Assembly: GCA_002633005.1 (NCBI GenBank)
Contig: NMRA01000044.1
Span: 136,182-200,181, forward strand
Reading direction: 5' to 3'
DNA from: Phoronis australis
Taxonomy: Eukaryota > Animalia > Phoronida
DNA: 64,000 nucleotides
The notes beneath the pieces were generated by a model. It did not search any database, was not told where the DNA came from, and saw nothing but the letters and a program-made list of their open reading frames with translations. Position numbers and translations under genes: made by a program. How positions within the stretch are numbered: position 1 is the stretch's first letter; each line of letters opens with the position of its first letter. Shown in pieces: positions 53,701 through 64,000 of the stretch.

Positions 53701-56700
53701 TGTATCTAGAAAATGATGTCTTGCTACTTGTTTTTTTTTTGTGAGACGCGTGTACTTTGGCTACCACTGTCTCAACTCACTTTTGAATCTTAGAGAGGAA
53801 AGTAGCAGTGGCAAAGTTAGTTGCCTTTTAGCGTAAGTACAAATCCCTGGTTATCTTGGAGAGATTGTTGTGTGTTAGTTACAGACCTTTCCCTTGATGT
53901 GTATGTACTAACCATGAATCAGCTGACTGTCTACTGCAATACCTAAGTCTTAGTTCTGCATTTACTTCCATTGAGGACATACAAAGACTGACACTGACGG
54001 TGTTCATTAGCTAGTAGGATATTGTGTTTGCTCAACGGAATGAATGTAAAACCAAGATGCACACCTTTTGATGGGCCATCCATGTCACATGCTATTGTTC
54101 CATAGATAGTAAACACTCATCAGGGGTCAGTAATTTACATGTAAAACACGCATCTCCAAGATAACCTGGGACCCGACCTAAATATACGTTTTCCTTTAAC
54201 AGTCTCTATGTTCTGTCTCTAGTATCGACTTGCTAATCCTACGTGAGGTCGTGCAGAAGATGTCTGGGATTGAGATCTCCGAGGAGATCACTGATGACCA
54301 ACTGGAGGCTATGGCTGGTGGAGAATTACTGAAACAGGAGGTATGCAGTGCTCAGTGTTGTTTTTAAGTCCTATGCTGTGCTAATTATGTCAAGCCATTA
54401 TGGAAAACTTTAAAACATAATAAATCTGTGTCGCAATGGTGAATCACCCCATCTAGCCTATTCCAGGAGTAAATTTAATCCGTGATGTTTTCGTGTCTAA
54501 TTAAGAACGTTAACTCGACGAATCGGCGATCCAGAACAAGCAGTGTCATCACGAACCCTGAACCAGAAGAATGGTTTCAAAGATAGCACAGCATGCGGCT
54601 TTGAAGTTTACCAGTTTTTGTATGTCTCAAGTTTGTTCAATGCGAAGTTGTTTGTTTCTAATGGACGGTAATAATGTGGGAGTAGCATTCTCTGCTGACA
54701 AACTGTGTTGAACGCACAACAATGTTCAAGATTAGAAATTGTCAACCATATTCACTCGAGCTCTCTGCATCTTTGACGGTCGTTCGCAGTGCAGCAATAA
54801 AGCAGACGGCCAAGAGACATAAGAAAAATAAGGATTAAAATGGCAGCTGCATTTTGAGACAAAAATGTTATGACTTAGGGTTACAAGGATATGTGGCGAA
54901 GTGTCATGATCCACTCTAGCCAATAGTAAAGTCGAGTTCAAAACTGAATGCAACTTGACAGTTACAGCTGAAAACAAATAATCGAGTTTGTTATACTTTA
55001 TTTTTAGTATTTAGGCCACTGGTTCATATTCAATTAAGAAACATGTACACATTGGTAGTTAACAAAGAAGATGTAATACAAAAAACAGGATTCAATTCAG
55101 GAAGTCCAATTATAAAAGACTTGGTAAATGAAGCTACCTAAATTCCTGCTATTGCAAGAAACTGTCCATCAAATAAAAGACTCACCTCTGTAGTATCCAC
55201 CATAGGTTGGCATATAATGTAAAGTTTCTCTTAAGGTGATCACACCTATGGCATTATTGAAACATGTTTTTCAGTGACTTGGTATTAGAAAAACAACCTT
55301 ACTGTACACATGAAAAATGAAGTAAAATTACCATTTATTTTTATTGAAAAATTCAGAAAAACAGTTTCAATTTTCCACCGTACTGTATCCTGAATGAAGG
55401 AATGTTCATTTTTCTTTTCTGTCGTTTTCTGTTGCAGGGAGGACAGTTTGCTCAGGTGCGGAACACGAAGAGGACCTCATCTCGGCTCAAGGATACGCTG
55501 TTGGAGTTTGACATGGCCGTGCCACTGTGTCTGCTGATGGCACAACAGCGTGACTGTATTGTGTACCAGGAAGGGGATAAGATGCCACTCAAACTGGTCG
55601 GCAAGATATATGATCAGGTATCACAATAACTTTGAAGATGCATGCTAGTTATAAAGTCGTTAAAATGGAATGGTATTTAAAGCCTGACCTTCAAAAGCCA
55701 TTGTCACAGTGCGTGTTTCCGGCTGGAGTCCTTTTACCGAAATTTTGGTAAAAATGATTCCGACATGCGCATTCCCTTTTTTTGTAGTCTTGGGCAAAGA
55801 CCACAACCAGATTTGTTTTTGTTCTAATGTAAAATACCATGAATGTAAAATAGCTCTTTTTGTGTAATGTTTCTTACTTTCAAAGGACAAGTGTTCCGTT
55901 TTAAGGTGTCTGATTTAGCAATTGCAACTGAATTCCTTCTTCCCTCTGTTGATATTTCTGCCGCTGTTATTTTGATGTTACCACATTCTGCCACTACATT
56001 TCCACATGTGGTTACTTATCTTTGCAGTGCCATGACACCCTGTGCCAATATGGCTACTTCCTGTCTACACAGCTGAGTATGGAGGAGTACCATAAGAGAC
56101 TGCCATCTATTGACAGCCTTATGTCCACCTATCACATGCCGGCTGATGCAGCCTTCTTCCTGTCTAGACCTATGTTTATGCATGCCATTAATGTAAGTAA
56201 CTCACACGTCTGTCATGGCAACTGGTTTTGGGATTTTTAGCTAAAGATACTTCAGGTTGTGTAGTGCCTCAGAAAAATGACCAAATTTTTGGCTAACTTT
56301 AGAACATCATATCTCAGAAATGGCTTGTTGGATTTGTGTGAAATTTTCAGATATTAAGGTTTGTACAGTGATCTTCAAAATGCCATTAGGAATAATGTTC
56401 CTAAAATTTTCTACGCTTTTATGTTTTTTATGAAAAATATCCCATGTTGCATAAAACGAAATGTTAGTTTAGAAAACTTTTACAGTTTTTTTTTTGAGAT
56501 TTCATCTTAAATATTTAATGTTGCATATGAAATTTAGACATGTTACTGATACCACTGTTTTGCTTTAATTTGTTTTTTCTTTAAGTTTTACTAAAAAGAC
56601 ACGATCCGTTGACTCGTTTTATAAATATCAAATTTGGGCAGGCTTTCTATCTTCAGAAAGTGTGTACTTTAACCGAGTTAAATTTATAGTTTTCAGATAT

Positions 56701-59700
56701 TTGGCTAAATGCATACTGTCAGACTTGTGAATGAGGTCCGACATAACCTTATCATGTCAATTGTTAAAATTGTATGCAATATAATAAAAGGCTTGATATC
56801 TTATCCTCTCTAAGCTTGGTGCCCATTCATTACATTTTTGTTTCAAACCAGATTAAATGAGAGCAATTATTGTTGAATTTCTACAGTTTGTTTTCTAAAT
56901 TGGGTGTCATAGAAGACTGATGTCTAGGAAAATGGAATGTTTTGTCACATTTCGTCCGATTCATTAAATGTCTCTCATTTTCAGACCAAGTTTGACGAAC
57001 TCAAAAAGATTGACAAAACCAACAAGACAACGGGCGCTAGTCAACTAAAAGTGCAGCGCTACATAGAGGCAGCGGAGCACGTCATGACGCCCATCATTGA
57101 CAGTATACGACCGTTGCAGCCGCCTAAAACATGGGAAGATCTTAGGTAGACTGGTCATATTGTCACAGAAATTGTATTTATGATCATTATTATAATCACT
57201 ACTGTCGTCATCGTCGTGATCATCAGCGTCATCGTCATGATGATAGTGCTTACCAATGTTCCATTGTCAAAATGAGAGTGGACTATTGGACATGTTGTGA
57301 CAGAAACTATAATGATAATGATCATCATCATAATCACCATGTCATCATGATAATAGTTCTAACTGATTTTCCATTGTCAAAATAAGAATTGACCTCCCAC
57401 TTTTTGTCCTGCCATAAACAAATGAAAAAGTTGGTATTTACACAGGAAGTAAATGTTAAAAATCAGCTATTAACAATTTTGATTTAAAGTGAATTTGGGT
57501 ATGCCTGTGTGGTATCGTCAATTAGAAATTCTTAAATTTCAAAAAAGTTTGTCATGTCGCTAAAAATTGTTTTGGGCTCAGATTGAGAGTGTTTTATTGA
57601 TTGAAGGAGTCTATGACTTGCTACTATGTTGTCAGACAATGGTGCACAAAACAATTTCATTGGTTAATACTGTTCCAGTGCGCCTTTCTACGTCACATTC
57701 TGGACACTAGGCACCTACGACCTTCACGTTCCAACCAAGGCCTATGAGAAACAGATCCAGTCATTTAAGCAGCAACAGGAGGCCATTGACAATTCTAGCA
57801 ACAAGGAAATGGTGGGTGAAATACTGCTACCTCACTCATATAAATGTCAAGGCAATACTTCTTGTTGGGTTTACATTTGCTTTAATTTTTCAGTTTAATA
57901 CGTACCGTATTTCCACGTATTTAGGCCCGTGCTCCTTTCAGGGCTTGGAATTTTTCGCGGGAACGCCGATTTCCTCTTTTTTCAAATGTTCTGTCTGCGT
58001 ATTTTATTATATTCAGGGCTTGGAATTTTCCGCGGAAACGCGGATTTCCGCTTTTTTCAAATGTGCTTTCCGCTTTTTTTATAATATTTCCGCGTAAAAA
58101 AATCGGATTTGAGTGGACGGGCGAGCTAAAAGGACGCAGACGCATGCTTCTGATGGTGGTAACCTTTTTTTTTTTAGTCCTTCCGATTTTTGTCGGGGAA
58201 AGATTCACATTGACCATTTCAAGGCTGGTTATCGGGCATGATTTGGGCCGTAAAAGTTTCCGCGTTTTTTGTCATTGGTCATTCCAAGCCCTGTATATTT
58301 CCGCGTAAAAAAAAATCGGATTTGATATAAAATTTCCGCACCAAATTTCTTTCTTACCACAGCGTTGCCGACGACTTCCACCTTGAAAAGTGGAAGTTTC
58401 TCTTTATGTTTCGGAGGAATGTAAATTGTCATCATTACCGGGGCACCTGGGATAGTGTAGTTTTCTTTAATGGGGTCTCGTGAGATTGTAAATCGCGGTG
58501 ACAAATACTACAACTCTGCAGCCAAATATGTGTGGAGGTGGGAGTGGACGGACGAGCTAAAACAACGCAGACGCACGTTCCTGGAGGTGTTTTTTTTTTT
58601 CTTTTTTATAGTCCTCGCGATGTTTTGTCGGCAAAAGGTCCACATCGACAAAAATTCGAGCCCCCCATTTTCAAGGCAGGGTGCGCGCATGTTTTCCGCT
58701 TTTTTGTCGTGGATCATTCCAAGCCCTGTCCTTTATGTCTAACTCTTGTGTATTGCTTATAAGCAGATGTGCCTGAATTTGGCTTTGGTTGTGGATGTGT
58801 ATATCTCAAACTCAGCATTTTTCTCTTTTTCTGTCTATTCTTGGAACTCTTATCATTCCGTAACAAATAACATGCAAAACTTCAATGGCACAAAAACAAA
58901 CAGCAAATGTGCCTGCCAGATGTTTTTGGCATTGTGGGTAAATACAGTGAGATTCGAGAGTCACTGTGTAATCCAAGACGGCCCTATTTGCAGACTTGCA
59001 GGTTCATGTTTTGCATAACAGCCTGTCATAGCACAATGTAGGTCATGTGACCCTGTACTTGAACACTTGTCCTTGTTTAGACTGCACATGTGCATGGCAA
59101 TGCCACTAAAGAGGATACCAGCAAGCTGACTATGGTAACTTGACGTTTGTACTTGTTCGCGTTCGTGGTTTATTGTTTCATTTGTTGCATATTGTGTCTA
59201 AATTATGTTAACTTTGAAAGCAAGTTTCTGGTGATTATAGTTTTGTTTCTGAATTTCTTTTAGTATTTAAATTAAGCTTTTTACGATAAGGCAAGTATGA
59301 AGTTGAGCATTTATTTTTCCAAAAATTGAAAATGAGCTGTTACAATGAAGAGTTTTTCTAGTTTTCTTATTTTTAAGACCGCTGATTAAGACAGACAAGA
59401 TTGCTGAATAGAAACAACTCGATATGCTTGTCATTCACTTGACAACTTTTGCACATAACTTAAAAGATGTTTTATATTATGTGGCCAGGGTCCGAGTAAA
59501 AAGAAGAAGGAGAGGGAGCGTTGTGAGAGTCTAGCCAACAAACTGGCCGATGAGATGAAGAAACACAATGATCACGTCAATAGAGTGCAGGCACGGCTAG
59601 GTCATGAGAAGGAGACGTGGTTCTTGACGAGTACGTAGCACAATCGAGTCGTGTTAAATACTGTAGGGCACTGTAGAGTCTATGTTTGAAATCTGCATTC

Positions 59701-62700
59701 CAAAAACTTGAAACATTCTATTCACTGAGTTTAAAATGCTTGAATCACCATTTCGTAAGCTTTTTTATGCTACCAGAATGATCAAGTTTAAATTACCGTT
59801 GCTGGCTAAAAGATGAGTAAGCAATAATTATGTTAGTTATTTGTTTCAATTCCAGATTAGTCTTTAATAGGAAAATGTTGCCATTGAAATGCTCGCGTGT
59901 CCCAACATAATAGTAACATTAGTTGTGAATCTGAGATATGCACTCACAGTGGCACTCTCTGTTGTGTTTCAGAGTCAACCAAGAACGAGACGATCACTCA
60001 GTTTCTGCAGCTATGCATCTTCCCACGGTGCATCTTTACAGCCTCCGACGCCATCTTCTGCGCCAAAATGATCGAGGTCCTGCACGTGCTGAAAACACCA
60101 AACTTCTCCACGCTCATCTGTTATGACAGGGTGAGTGAGACGGGATTATGTTTTGACGGCTGTCGGTTAATTTGGGTTTGATGCATTGTCCCATTGATGG
60201 TTGCCTGCTGGTTGTTTGTGATATCTCTAAGTTCTACTGTGTGGCGCATTGTTTGCCCTGATTTCAGAAAGTATAGCCAGGGAGTTGGGTTCGTGAAGAA
60301 AATTTGGGGAGTGGTGATATAGGTGACTGTATGGTTGTGTGTCTGTGTTAAGCAGGACATAATGTTTTGTGGTTATTATTTGTTTAATGTTTTTTGATCT
60401 ACAGGTGTTCAACGATATCACGTACTCGGTGACATGCTGCACTGAGAACGAGGCTCACCGTTACGGACGATTCCTGTGTTACACACTTGCTACTGTCATG
60501 AGATGGCACAGCAGTAGGGACATCTTTGAAAAGGTAACGTGTCAAATTAATGCTTTTGGCTTACACTTAGATCATCGCAAGCTGTTAGTGAACCAGCTAA
60601 GCTGCGCATGCCATTAGAAATATAATATTTAAGTGGTGTTCATTTTTTTCTTTAAGTAAGTTAGTTGAGAGGATCTAATAATAACCGAGCTTGCCTCGAC
60701 ACTATACTACTTAGCTGCCCTCTTATTATTGTGGCACACAGTGTGTTTGCTTTGAGCTTGATAATCATGCTAACGGGGCATTTGAAATGGTGACTGACCT
60801 TCGACCTTTACCCGGCCACAGGAATGCTTCGACTACCCCGGGTTTGTGACGACGTACCGCAAGGGGACGGACAGCAACAGTCGCAACGAGAAACTGGACT
60901 ACGAGAACTACCGGCACGTGTGTCACAAATGGCACTTCCGTATCACCAAGGCCATGGTCGCCTGTCTGGAGTCTGGCAACTTTGTGCAGATCAGGAACGC
61001 ACTGATCATACTCACCAAGGTAGGAGTACATTGGAACCCACTTGACGAGTAAAGCTTTAGCTGGCATTTTTCTGTTTTCAAGGTGCGAGTCCCAAGGTCG
61101 AAGGGCAATGCATTATGCAACCGTTCTCCAGCCATTCTTGCCCAACTTAACAAAAATCAATATGCTCCAATCAATGGGTCTAGTACATTAAAATATGCCA
61201 GCATTTTTCTCTGTTCTTGTATTGCAAAAATACTGTTCTTCATGTTATTGTTTTTGTATTTTTCATTTTCTTTTTCCAACACCATAAGTTAAGTAGAATG
61301 CGCTAAGCAATCTTGTTATAACAGTGGGCATGATTACCGCGGATTAATTCACGTTAGCTCCTTCCTTGTGCTGTTATTGGTACAGTAAGGGATTCCCTGT
61401 CATTACTGGCACGAGTGTTGTCATTACAACTATGTGTCCACTTCAGATCATCTGCCACTTGCTCCTCCCTCGTGTACTCCCATTGTTATTTGAGTTACCC
61501 TTGTCATTACTTCTATGATGTCCAGTTCTTCTTCCATAGACTGTCTCCATTTCAGATCATCTCACACTACCCTCGAGTGCTGCCGTTTGGCCAGGCCCTG
61601 GAGAGGCGTGTGAACCGTATTGTGGAGGAAGAAAAGGGAAAGAGACATGACATCTATGCCCTGGCCTACTTGTGAGTGGACGTCTTACCTGTTAACTATG
61701 GCAGATAGAACGTTTTCTTTTCAAGATGTAACTAGAAGGGAGTTAACTGGACAGAGATCAATAAATATTTATGAATTATGTAGACATGATCCTTAATATC
61801 TGGCTGTTATTGATATTTGTTATTATTTTTGTGTTTTCTTCCATTGTCATGTCTCTTAAAGAAGACTGCCAGTATCTCGATTCTTTGACTCTATGTCCAT
61901 GGTCTTGACTAATCTCGGATGAAATCAATTTGATAAATTCTCTGTAAAGTTCCAGAAGAAACAGTCATTTTAATGTATGTCCTCTTTATATGTAGACATG
62001 CCCCATTATAGTTTCTTTGTGTTGATTTCTGCAGATCAACAGAAATTTCTGTGTTGAAAAGAAGTTCTGGGGTTTCAAAATCTTAACTGATTGCTGGCAC
62101 CCATCACCAAGTTTTGCTTCTACAATTTTATGGTCATCCAATCAGAAGGCGGATTGGACGTCTGAATCGCCCGCCCTCTGCCAAAAAAATTATGTGACTT
62201 GTCATACTGCTGTTCTGTCTTGTTGTTGTTCGCCCTTGAATCAAAAGCCAGTTCTGTCTTCTTGCTTTGACAAAGCTACAGGCTAATGACGATTAGACTC
62301 TGTTACCCCATGGTGATTACACGTGATTGGCCAGAATTTAAGTATTTTGCACATTAATGTTTTCCTAATTTTTTGGATGACGACTGATAGAAAGTGTAGG
62401 CTTGTATAACTGCTGATTTTCCTGGTAATTAGATGTCTTATCTAGGCTCTCATAGACATTCCACATTTGAATGTAGTTCAAGTCCACTTACAATTGATGT
62501 ACAGTAACTATCGCCTTGTGGTGTAACCCAGCTGTCTTGGCCTACTCTGTTGTAGCTTGTGTTTACACTTTCAGGTATGCTGGTCAACTGAAACAGAAGA
62601 AGAAGACATGGATCTCGGAAGGTGAAATGCACATAAAGGATAAAGACCCAGCCCCTGCCCAGGTAGGTTATGTTGTAGGGGTGAGGGGAGGGGTGGACGC

Positions 62701-63583
62701 TGAACCTGTTGGTGTGCTGAGTATAGTGACACTCGCAAAAGTTGGATCCAACCGGACAGAGAGGTTTCAGCCAAGTAAGGTGAAATCTAAATTATATGAA
62801 GGGCAAAGTGCACTAAAACTAGAACAATCGTACTACGGAGCTTTGTTGGAGGTAAACAAAAATCCGACTTAGTCATGTTCCAGTAATTTACTACATAGTA
62901 GAACTTGGCAGAAGTATGATGCACATAAGTCAGGTATTTGCATAACCCGTACGCTGTACAATTGTTTTAGTGCTTGCACTGGCCCGTACTCTAATGGAAT
63001 CATTCTGTCTGATTGAATCTATGTTGTGCGAGTTTTACTGTATAATCGTTTTAGAAATCAGAATAGATTTTATTCAAAAGATTATTTACGTTGTAGTTAA
63101 CCATCAGGCCCGTGTTTAGATATACTCGAATAGCCCCACCAGTAAAAAGCTCCTATAGGGTCTCTCTTGGAAATGAGGTTCGAAAATGGGCAGTTAAAAT
63201 GTATCAGGTTGATCACTTTTCAACTGAATTGTTGCCAGACTTCTCTTAAAGTAGCCAAATTATGAACAAAGCAAAACCGTGCTCTTAGTCATACCTTAAA
63301 AGCCATACAAGTTTCCAAAAGACTCCCACAACTTCCTTCCGAAAGAAGTTCCGTTGGGTGCGTAGGAAATCCCCGTTGATACTCAATTTTGCGATCAGTT
63401 GGTTTTGAATGTTTAAAAGTGGTGGTGTTTTCCAACTGGAGACATGCTTCAATTTTCAATGTGTGCATGTGACTGGATTCTACTGGTTCATATTCCAGCC
63501 TAAACCGGTCACCCAGCAGGAGGCCAGCAAGCCACTCTTTGAGCCACCCAAAAAGGTGGAGAAGGATGTTAATGGAAAGATGA
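39878..63583 (+). CDS. THOC2: THO complex subunit 2, 27 exons seen (~1223 codons), 3'-incomplete
   Basis: Exons 39878-39942, 42853-43006, 43657-43708, 44106-44298, 44748-44881, 46846-47006, 47450-47545, 48358-48498, 49655-49827, 50157-50364, 51164-51327, 51614-51715, 51951-52035, 52571-52661, 53112-53289, 54223-54340, 55438-55617, 56028-56192, 56985-57145, 57679-57811, 59489-59630, 59973-60130, 60405-60533, 60822-61019, 61556-61671, 62575-62662, 63499-63583; phases consistent. Motifs [60 protein letters not shown]. Confidence 0.97.
41040..41530. mobile_element. Older palindromic MITE-like element in THOC2 intron 1
   Basis: CCTTTCTCTAAC/GTTAGAGAAAGG, ATGCCAGCCAAT/ATTGGTTGGCAT and AGTTCACGAGTTCACAA/TTGTGAACTCATGAACT in nested inverted order. 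Confidence 0.65.
44530..44605. mobile_element. ~100-bp MITE family, copy 2
   Basis: CAGGGTTCCCAGATTTTAAGAACCAGTTT...AAACTGGTTCTCAAAATGCAGGACCTCTG. Confidence 0.6.
44984..45232. mobile_element. MITE, CAGGGCTT(G/A)GAAT family, 6-bp TSD AAAATG
   Basis: AAAATG|CAGGGCTTAGAAT...ATTAGAAACCCTG|AAAATG. Confidence 0.75.
45672..45719 (-). ncRNA. Minimal type I hammerhead ribozyme in the Penelope 3' region
   Basis: Minus strand GACTT-CTGAGGA-T-GGTGT-ttaatatatg-ACACC-GAAA-CATG-TC-AAGTT: core boxes, helix II, palindromic helix III, GUC site and stem I are all present. Confidence 0.8.
45800..46785 (-). mobile_element. 5'-truncated Penelope-like retroelement, uninterrupted ORF (RT C-terminal part + GIY-YIG endonuclease)
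   Basis: [81 protein letters not shown]; antisense within THOC2 intron 5. Confidence 0.95.
47702..47742. repeat. (TA)n-rich microsatellite
   Basis: Direct observation. Confidence 0.9.
47783..47882. mobile_element. ~100-bp MITE family, copy 3
   Basis: TAGTCACTTATAGGGGGTTCC...GGCTCTTGTAAGTAACTA; interior similar to 44530-44605. Confidence 0.6.
48802..49560. mobile_element. PIF/Harbinger-type (Tourist-like) MITE, TAA TSD
   Basis: TAA|GGGCTGTTCCAGTAAAATCTGTGTGGGAGGGGGG...CCCCCCTCCCATACAGATTTTGCTGGAACAGCCC|TAA. Confidence 0.85.
50646..50895. mobile_element. PIF/Harbinger-type MITE, CAG TSD
   Basis: CAG|GGCCCCGTTCCAAGGAAACTGACTTA...TAAGTCAGTTTCTTGGAACGGGCCC|CAG; internal CTTAAG repeats. Confidence 0.8.
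52662..53111 (+). other. U12-type (minor spliceosome) GT-AG intron of THOC2
   Basis: 5' splice site GTATCCTT; branch site TCCTTAAC at 53092-53099, 12 nt before the intron end; splicing restores YDVLAFCIIEAL. Confidence 0.92.
56242..56672. mobile_element. Possible Kolobok-type MITE
   Basis: TAAAGATAC...GTACTTTAA ends; ATATCTCAGAAATGGCTTG..TGAAATTT subterminal pattern. Confidence 0.35.
57155..57395. repeat. Low-complexity (ATC/ATG/GTC)n region with a ~135-bp imperfect duplication
   Basis: TTGT(C/G)ACAGAAA and TTCCATTGTCAAAAT each occur twice. Confidence 0.7.
57939..58727. mobile_element. CAGGGCTTGGAAT-family MITE (outer), TSD TCCTTT
   Basis: TCCTTT|CAGGGCTTGGAAT...ATTCCAAGCCCTG|TCCTTT. Confidence 0.85.
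58014..58293. mobile_element. Same-family MITE nested inside the outer copy, TSD TATATT
   Basis: TATATT|CAGGGCTTGGAAT...ATTCCAAGCCCTG|TATATT. Confidence 0.85.
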
Positions 63584-64000
63584 GTAAGTCCTTCACAGTT
63601 ACAGGCTGTCTACAGTCTTGTGTCTTCTGGCATTACTTACGCTACGTCTCTTTCAGAATTTCAGTTTTTGGTAACGAAAATTTAAATCAAAACTACGTTC
63701 TGACAGTCCAAGTATATACTCACACTTACTCAAAACATCTGAGAGTTATATGTAGAGGTGGTAAACTCACACTGCTGTATCAAGGTGTTAAACAATCATT
63801 TGGTGATGTCTCAAAAAACTGCTTTCAGTCAACTATAATGATTGTGCAGAAAAAAAAATATTTGATCTATATATTAGACAAGGCCATCGTAGTGATTTGA
63901 GATTCTCCACCCCATATGCAATTCCTCCGTCGTTCAGTCAGGCATTCAGAAGGTCTACAGTCATGATGTGCATCAACAACTGGAATTCTCTTCCAGTCTC

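Noticed and set aside
57155-57340. Hydrophobic I/M/T-rich ORF
   Set aside because: Translation of an intronic trinucleotide low-complexity tract

Overview
Intron-rich, AT-rich animal genomic DNA, probably a marine invertebrate (inference); no prokaryotic features or CRISPR. Five protein-coding genes were reconstructed by hand from splice sites and frame continuity: a 4-exon Rv2258c-like SAM methyltransferase (-, 13604-17402), an intronless PTPMT1 (-, 20459-20986) head-to-head with SPATA4 (+, 21475-26941), and ALKBH8 (-, 30111-39681) head-to-head with THOC2 (+, 39878 to beyond the window end). The first ~13 kb is intergenic and contains decayed hAT and Penelope remnants. The most notable observations are: (1) a 5'-truncated but ORF-intact Penelope retroelement in THOC2 intron 5 with a minimal hammerhead ribozyme motif; (2) a U12-type intron in THOC2; (3) a 714-bp foldback element with an 8-bp TSD in ALKBH8 intron 1; (4) a self-nested MITE with 6-bp TSDs; (5) a methyltransferase with a divergent motif I. 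I found no clear wholly new multi-gene system. Family assignments rest on recalled motifs, not database searches.
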